Notes under the pieces: generated by a model
What the model was told of the DNA's origin: nothing
Databases searched by the model: none
Seen by the model: the letters and a program-made list of their open reading frames with translations, nothing else
In this document: positions 58,811 to 64,000 of the stretch, piece after piece
Layout of the letters: each line of letters begins with the position of its first letter
How positions within the stretch are numbered: the stretch's first letter is position 1
NCBI GenBank assembly: GCA_016875215.1
Contig: VGRX01000002.1
Coordinates: 5,805 to 69,804 of the forward strand
Direction: 5' to 3'
Origin: Deltaproteobacteria bacterium
Lineage (GTDB): Bacteria > Myxococcota_A > UBA9042 > CAIXZC01
Length of the DNA: 64,000 nucleotides
Made by a program: the position numbers and the translations under genes

Positions 58811-59088
58811 CAGTCCAGCTTCCCTTCCATGCGCTTGTAGATGCCGTCGACGATCTCCTTGACCTTCTTGAAGACATCCGGCGGGCGGACGGCCCAGGTA
58901 TCGTCGAACTCCCATTCGAGGTTCTTCTGGATGCGGGCGACGGCATCCTTGGGGGAGTACCTGAGATTGTAGAGCATTCGGGCCCGCTCCGAGACTTCTT
59001 TCACGAACGACTCGTCGGAGCGCACCTTCAACTGCTCGTTGAACGGTGCCGACAGGTTCGAGTTGAGGTAGTCGAATTCTTCCGCCAT
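58810..59088 (-). CDS. Small cytoplasmic protein of unknown function (92 aa)
   Basis: GGAGGGG RBS 6 nt upstream of the ATG. Coding-like GC3 bias. No family recognised. Confidence 0.45.
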   Translation of the reverse strand: MAEEFDYLNSNLSAPFNEQLKVRSDESFVKEVSERARMLYNLRYSPKDAVARIQKNLEWEFDDTWAVRPPDVFKKVKEIVDGIYKRMEGKLD

Positions 59089-59136
59089 GTCACCCCTCCG
59101 TCGAGCAAACACGCTACTCCAATGCCGCCTGCCCTG

Positions 59137-59631
59137 TCAAACAGAAGTTGGCGTTTCCCCTTTCCCCTTCCATGTCCAGAGCAGGTTTGCGAAGAAATTC
59201 CAGAACATGGCCGTGCCGATGCCGATGCAGCCCGCGGCCAGATCGTCCACGTTCACCGTGCCGACCCCCGGCAGGCTCATCGGGCCGAAGAAGACCAGCC
59301 CCCCCGACTTCAGCAGCCAGTTGAGGGTCGAGAAGATCCCCTGGTTGATTCCAAAGCCGACCAGGCTCACGCCGTGGAACCTCAGAAGCCGCGTCCGGAA
59401 AGGGACCTGCCGGCGACGGTCCGAGAACGTCCACAAGTCGTTGAGCAGGAAGTTCGTGAGTATCGACATCTCGACCGAGAATGCGTAGGCCAGGTTGCTG
59501 GCCCACAGGTCGTCGAGCAGGCCCAGCCCCCGGGTCAGCAGCGCGTAGATGCCTAGGTTCACGAACACGCCGCTGCCCCCGACCACCCCGAACTTGAAGA
59601 ACCTCACCAGCAGGTCCTGTTGTCGCGTCAT
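59137..59631 (-). CDS. GtrA-family polysaccharide-synthesis membrane protein
   Basis: FxKFxxVGxxGxxVN N-terminal motif, 4 TM helices, about 160 aa. Confidence 0.85.
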   Translation of the reverse strand: MTRQQDLLVRFFKFGVVGGSGVFVNLGIYALLTRGLGLLDDLWASNLAYAFSVEMSILTNFLLNDLWTFSDRRRQVPFRTRLLRFHGVSLVGFGINQGIFSTLNWLLKSGGLVFFGPMSLPGVGTVNVDDLAAGCIGIGTAMFWNFFANLLWTWKGKGETPTSV

Positions 59632-59680
59632 GAAAAGGACCTCCCTTCGAGGGGAGCGCCGTCGAGGGGATCATCGACCA

Positions 59681-60694
59681 TCATATCAGCCTCTTCAGCA
59701 CATCCAGCGCAGCGGCGACGTCCTGCCCATCTACGTCCAGGTGCGTGACGCAGCGGATCGTGTCCGGCTCCACGGCCGACGTCCGGATACCTGCATCCTC
59801 GAGTCGGGTGGCAAGCTTCTCGGCCTCCGGATGGCGGAAGTAGACCATGTTCGTCTCGACCCGGTTCGTCACGGCAAGGCCGAGCTGTTCCAGGCCTCGG
59901 GCAAGCAGTGCGGCGTTGGCGTGGTCCTTTGCCAGGCGCTCCACGTGGTGGTCGAGGGCATACAGGGCGGCCGCTGCCAGGATTCCGGCCTGGCGCCAGC
60001 TCCCGCCGAGCATGTGGCGGTAGTGCCAGGCGCGCTCGATGTCCGCCCGGCTCCCGGCAAGTGCGGAGCCCACCGGGGCCCCCAGCCCCTTGGAGAAGCA
60101 GACTGAGACGGTATCGCACGGGGCCGCGTACTCGCTCACGGGGACGCGGGCGGCAACGGATGCGTTCCACAGGCGAGCGCCGTCCATGTGGACTTTGAGG
60201 CCGTGGCTGCGGGCCAGCTCGGCCAGGGCTTTCACCCGCTCGAGCGGATAGACGATCCCTCCGCCCCGGTTGTGGGTGTTCTCGAGCAGCAGCGCGGTCT
60301 GCCTCGGGCGGTAGTAGACCGGTGCGTACAGCACCCGGGCCACGTCGTCGACCTCGAGGATTCCGCGGTCCCCCCGCACGGTCTTGAACAGGGCCCCGGA
60401 GAACGCACCGGCACCGCCGGCTTCGTAGTAGACGGGGTGGGCCTCGGACTCGATGACCAGCTCGTCCCCCGGCTCGGCCCGCAGGCGGATGGCAAGGATG
60501 TTGGCCATGGTACCCGTGGGCACGTACAGTGCGGCTTCCTTGCCGAGAAGCCGGGCGATCCGCGCCTCGAGAGCGAGCACCGTCGGATCCTCGTTGTAGA
60601 CGGTGTCCCCCACTTCGGCCGCTGCCATTGCAGCCCGCATGGCTTGCCCGGGTCGGGTGACGGTATCGCTGCGAAGGTCTATGATACGGGTCAT
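59681..60694 (-). CDS. ltaE: Low-specificity L-threonine aldolase (PLP-dependent)
   Basis: IDLRSDTVTRP N-terminus. PLP-lysine context SVCFSKGLGAPVGS. Length 337 aa. Confidence 0.9.
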   Translation of the reverse strand: MTRIIDLRSDTVTRPGQAMRAAMAAAEVGDTVYNEDPTVLALEARIARLLGKEAALYVPTGTMANILAIRLRAEPGDELVIESEAHPVYYEAGGAGAFSGALFKTVRGDRGILEVDDVARVLYAPVYYRPRQTALLLENTHNRGGGIVYPLERVKALAELARSHGLKVHMDGARLWNASVAARVPVSEYAAPCDTVSVCFSKGLGAPVGSALAGSRADIERAWHYRHMLGGSWRQAGILAAAALYALDHHVERLAKDHANAALLARGLEQLGLAVTNRVETNMVYFRHPEAEKLATRLEDAGIRTSAVEPDTIRCVTHLDVDGQDVAAALDVLKRLI

Positions 60695-60719
60695 TTCCGC
60701 TCCGTGAACAGGCGCCGCG

Positions 60720-60956
60720 TCAGTCTTTGATGCGCCACAGGGAAAGGGTGCTGCCGCCCGCGTTGTAGTCGAACCAGGCCGCATGGAGCCAGTCCTCGGA
60801 GCGGCAGAAGCCGACGACACCGGTCTTGTCCCTGGTCTCGGGCAAGCCGAACGCGTAGCTCTCGGCAGCGTTTGCGGAGTCGACTTCGGCCGAAAAGACC
60901 GGGGCCTTGTCCCCCGCTGCCGAGTAGCCGATGATGATCCGTTCTCCGTCGTGATT
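60720..60956 (-). other. In-frame continuation of the 60957..61874 reading frame (78 codons, strong GC3 bias, no start codon): putative interrupted gene, pseudogene or sequencing error
   Basis: Translation NHDGERIIIGYSAAGDKAPVF...WFDYNAGGSTLSLWRIKD. The third-codon positions are about 85% G/C, as in the real genes here. There is no in-frame ATG or GTG. Confidence 0.4.
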
Positions 60957-61874
60957 TTAGGCGGTCGGCTCGACGGCCGGAAACCCCTCGAGCTCGGTCC
61001 ACTTGGTCTGTGCATCGGCCACGTAGTGGACCCACTTCTTCACCCCTTTGTCCGAGACCCGGAACCAGAGGGCCATGCGGTCGTCCCGGCCGTAGATCTC
61101 CGCGACCACGCTGCTGGGCTGACCGTCCTTCTCCGCCACGTAGTCGGGAAACGCCGGGCACGATTCCCATTGGGTGTCTGCGTTGCCGAACGCATCGATC
61201 TGGTAGCAGACGGTTCCCAGCGCGTCCGCAGCGTTGGCCAACAGCCGGATCTTGTCCGAGGTGACGTGGAAGCCCATTGCAGTCTCGACGAGCCGGGGAC
61301 CGACCTGCTCGAATCCGCTCCCTCCCACGTTTCCGCGGTGGACCAGGTACTCCGCGGTGGAGCCGTCTCGGCTGAGCGCAAAGACCTTGTCCCCCTGCGT
61401 GGCAAGATCGCGGATCTCCAGGTTCTCGAACGCATACCCCAGATCGGTAGCCTGGCCTTCATCGTCCACGCCGACCAGGGACGCCGTGTTGTTGGGCCCG
61501 CCGAACTGGGCCACCAGGACCTGTGAATCGAGCACTGCGACAAGGCCGATCCCGTCGTACACCTTCTCGAAACCGACGGTACCGGCGGGCTGCCACACGT
61601 AGAGCCCCTTGGAGACGAGGCCCTCCACGTCCGCAACCACCCTCGTCTGGTTGCACCCGAACCCGCGCACCTTGGTGATGCCCTCGATGGTGGCGACCTC
61701 GACCTCCTTCCACTGCTTCTTGACCGGCGGTTCCGCACTCTCCGTCACCTCGCCGAGCTCCCCGCCAGCGGTCTCGATGATATCCGGGGTCGATGTCCCG
61801 TCTCCGCCGCCGCCGCCGCAAGCCGCCATCCCCACAGCGACCAGGAGCGCCGCACACAGACTCCGATACGCCAT
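60957..61874 (-). CDS. Lipoprotein of unknown function, ending at an in-frame TAA that is followed by 78 further coding-like codons
   Basis: Lipobox MAYRSLCAALLVAVGMAAC. The ORF stops at TAA (60957-60959). The same frame continues open to a TGA at 60720-60722. Confidence 0.55.
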   Translation of the reverse strand: MAYRSLCAALLVAVGMAACGGGGGDGTSTPDIIETAGGELGEVTESAEPPVKKQWKEVEVATIEGITKVRGFGCNQTRVVADVEGLVSKGLYVWQPAGTVGFEKVYDGIGLVAVLDSQVLVAQFGGPNNTASLVGVDDEGQATDLGYAFENLEIRDLATQGDKVFALSRDGSTAEYLVHRGNVGGSGFEQVGPRLVETAMGFHVTSDKIRLLANAADALGTVCYQIDAFGNADTQWESCPAFPDYVAEKDGQPSSVVAEIYGRDDRMALWFRVSDKGVKKWVHYVADAQTKWTELEGFPAVEPTA

Positions 61875-61893
61875 CTTCTCCTCCCTTCGATGC

Positions 61894-63030
61894 TCAGATG
61901 TCGTCGATGCAAGCCAGGTAGGCTTCGAAGCAGATTCCCATGAGCGCATCCTGGATGCACGGGTCGGTAGGGAACATGGTGCACTCCGCAACGATGCAGT
62001 CGATGAGATCCTGGTACTTCTGCTGCCCTGCCGGAGAGGTCTGGTCAAAGCACTTGTTCTGGCACGCAGCGTCCCCCGTTGGACAGACATTGAGGCAATC
62101 GAGCAGCCCCGAGCAGCCGAGCTTGGTGTCCTTCACGATGCACTTGCCCTCGGGCGAACAGTCGGTCTTGTCCAGAGCGCAGGTCGGGCACGGGCAGAAC
62201 CCGCACACGCCGAAGCAGCCGTCGCTGCCGCACTCCTTCCCGTCGCAGCTCGGATAGCACTGGTTGGTGCACTCTCCGTCCGGGCTGCAGAACAGGCCGG
62301 GTGGGCAGGCGCCGCACGTGCTGCCGCAGCCGTCCGGGCCGCATGCCTTGCCCCCGCATGCAGGCTGGCAGATGCCCTGGCACTGGCCGAACGGAGAACA
62401 CTGGAAGCCCAGCGCACACTCGCCGCACGTGCCGCCGCAGCCGTCCGGACCGCAATCCTTGTCCAGGCAGTGCGGCTTGCACTGGCACAGGCCTTCCACG
62501 CAGGCCATGTTGAACGGACAGTCGCCGCAGCTCCCCCCGCAACCGTCGTCACCGCACTGCTTGCCCGCACAAACCGGCGCACAGTGCAGATGGCACTTGA
62601 AGTCCTCCCCGCACGCATGGTCCGGAGGGCAGAGCCCGCACTTCCCGCCGCACCCGTCGTTGCCGCATGCCTTGTCCTTGCACTGAGGTTCGCACGGCGG
62701 GGGCAGCTCCACCATGTCCTCGACCGGCAATACGTCCGGGGCAGCGTCGACCACGTCGATCGGAACCTGGAGACACTCGAGGTCGGTGCATTCCAGCGTG
62801 CAGATTTCCTCGAGCACCCATACGCGTCCCTTGTCTTTCGTGACCTTGCACAGGAGCAGCGCATCCTGCTTGCCTGACGCATCCACGCCACAGGCCAGCT
62901 CGTCCGCGAACTTGCAGGCCTGGTCTTCCTGCGGCGTCCCCGGGGGCGGGCCGTCCGACGGCGATGAGCACCCGGTCAGGCCTGCCAGCGCGACCAGCAG
63001 CGCGGGCCATGTCCAGCAATGTCTCGTCAT
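61894..63030 (-). CDS. Cys-rich lipoprotein with C-x-x-x-C-G-x-D-G-C-G-G-x-C-G-x-C modules (paralogous in module type to 3894..5780)
   Basis: Internal start MTRHCWTWPALLVALAGLTGCSS with a lipobox. Six CG.DGCGG.CG.C modules. Confidence 0.7.
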   Translation of the reverse strand: MTRHCWTWPALLVALAGLTGCSSPSDGPPPGTPQEDQACKFADELACGVDASGKQDALLLCKVTKDKGRVWVLEEICTLECTDLECLQVPIDVVDAAPDVLPVEDMVELPPPCEPQCKDKACGNDGCGGKCGLCPPDHACGEDFKCHLHCAPVCAGKQCGDDGCGGSCGDCPFNMACVEGLCQCKPHCLDKDCGPDGCGGTCGECALGFQCSPFGQCQGICQPACGGKACGPDGCGSTCGACPPGLFCSPDGECTNQCYPSCDGKECGSDGCFGVCGFCPCPTCALDKTDCSPEGKCIVKDTKLGCSGLLDCLNVCPTGDAACQNKCFDQTSPAGQQKYQDLIDCIVAECTMFPTDPCIQDALMGICFEAYLACIDDI

Positions 63031-64000
63031 GATTCCTTCCCCACCGTGTCGTACTCCCACAGCGCCGACCTCGGTTTGGTCGGCAAGGCCCCGGCGTCGA
63101 ACTGCGCTGCCTGAGTTCCCGTGTCCTGGTACCGCTTCAGGATCTCGCGTATGTCGTCCCATCGTCCGAGGTGGATGTCCACCAGGGCCGGGTCGAAGTG
63201 CTTCCCCCGCTCCTCCTCGATGGTCCGGCGTGCCATCTCCAGCGGGTAGGCATTCTTGTAGCATCGCCGTGTGGTCAGCGCGTCGAAGACGTCCGCCAGC
63301 GCGACGATGCGGGCCTCGAGCGGGATGTCGGTTCCGGCCAGTCCGTATGGGTAGCCGCGTCCGTTGAACTTCTCGTGGTGGCACAGGGCGATGTTGCGGG
63401 CCATGGGGTCGGAGCGGGCAAGGGTCAGCATCTCGTACCCCATGACCGTGTGCCGCTTCATCACGTCGAACTCGGCCTGCGTGAGCGGTCCCGGCTTCTT
63501 GAGCACTTCGTCCGGCAGACCGACCTTGCCGACATCATGCAGCGAAGCGAACCGCCGGATCCGGACCACCGCCTGTCCCGGGAGGCCGATCTCCCGGGCG
63601 ATCAGCTCCGAGTATGAGCACACCCGCAGGAGGTGCATCCCGGTATCGGTGTCGTTCAGCTCGTTGGCCTTCTCCAGGGCAGCGACCACGCCGAGCGTCG
63701 TGTTCTCCAGCTCCAGCGTCCGCTCCCGGACCAGCGATTCCAGGTGCAGCTTCTCGTCGGACAGCAGCAGGTTCGACTTCTCGATCTGATCTCCGAGGAG
63801 CTTGATCCGCAGGAGCGAACGCACGCGGGCCCGGACCTCCAGGGGATGGAACGGCTTCCCGACGTAGTCGTCGGCCCCTGTATCGAGCCCCGTGACCTTG
63901 TGCTGGATGTCATCGAGCCCCGTGACCATCACGATGGGAACGCGGGCGTAGCGGGGAATCGACCGCACCTCCCGCAGCACATCGAAGCCGGACAGCCCGG
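63027..64000 (-). CDS. Response regulator with HD-GYP phosphodiesterase output domain (receiver N-terminus continues beyond the window edge)
   Basis: The C-terminal receiver fragment (PIVMVTGLDD...KPF) is followed by HD (LHDVGK) and GYP (GRGYPYG) motifs. The ORF is open to nt 64000. Confidence 0.85.
   Translation of the reverse strand, partial: GLSGFDVLREVRSIPRYARVPIVMVTGLDDIQHKVTGLDTGADDYVGKPFHPLEVRARVRSLLRIKLLGDQIEKSNLLLSDEKLHLESLVRERTLELENTTLGVVAALEKANELNDTDTGMHLLRVCSYSELIAREIGLPGQAVVRIRRFASLHDVGKVGLPDEVLKKPGPLTQAEFDVMKRHTVMGYEMLTLARSDPMARNIALCHHEKFNGRGYPYGLAGTDIPLEARIVALADVFDALTTRRCYKNAYPLEMARRTIEEERGKHFDPALVDIHLGRWDDIREILKRYQDTGTQAAQFDAGALPTKPRSALWEYDTVGKES

Overview
High-GC (~68%) chromosomal segment, very likely from a Myxococcota (myxobacterium-like) genome. 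Three proteins end in MYXO-CTERM sorting tags (GGC..G + hydrophobic stretch + RRR), and PEGA and myxococcal Cys-rich repeat modules recur. I call about 50 protein-coding genes and find no rRNA, tRNA, CRISPR array, transposase or integrase. Housekeeping blocks: tpx; cstA; a tightly overlapping epimerase-DUF4416-gltX-glnS-mnmE block; plsB, dCMP deaminase and a DRG-like GTPase; hup-pyrG; ltaE. These are interleaved with secreted or lipoprotein cargo: several Cys-rich repeat proteins, a 4-nt-overlapped SGNH hydrolase + gingipain-like C25 protease pair, a matrixin-like metalloprotease, two eukaryotic-like Ser/Thr kinases, a PilZ protein and an HD-GYP response regulator. The most unusual features are: a translationally coupled pair of B12-binding radical SAM enzymes next to an SCP2-like protein and a TetR regulator; a fused Gfo/Idh/MocA dehydrogenase + WbpD-like hexapeptide acetyltransferase; an in-frame TAA followed by 78 clearly coding codons in a lipoprotein gene; and several DNA-level tandem repeats (a 9-mer ATAGGAC x5, a 47-bp duplication of a gene terminus, paired 67-bp palindromic repeats after tpx, and nested coding minisatellites inside a kinase). 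Start coordinates were derived from the supplied ORF track by codon counting. Many long reverse-strand ORFs are GC-driven shadows and were rejected.
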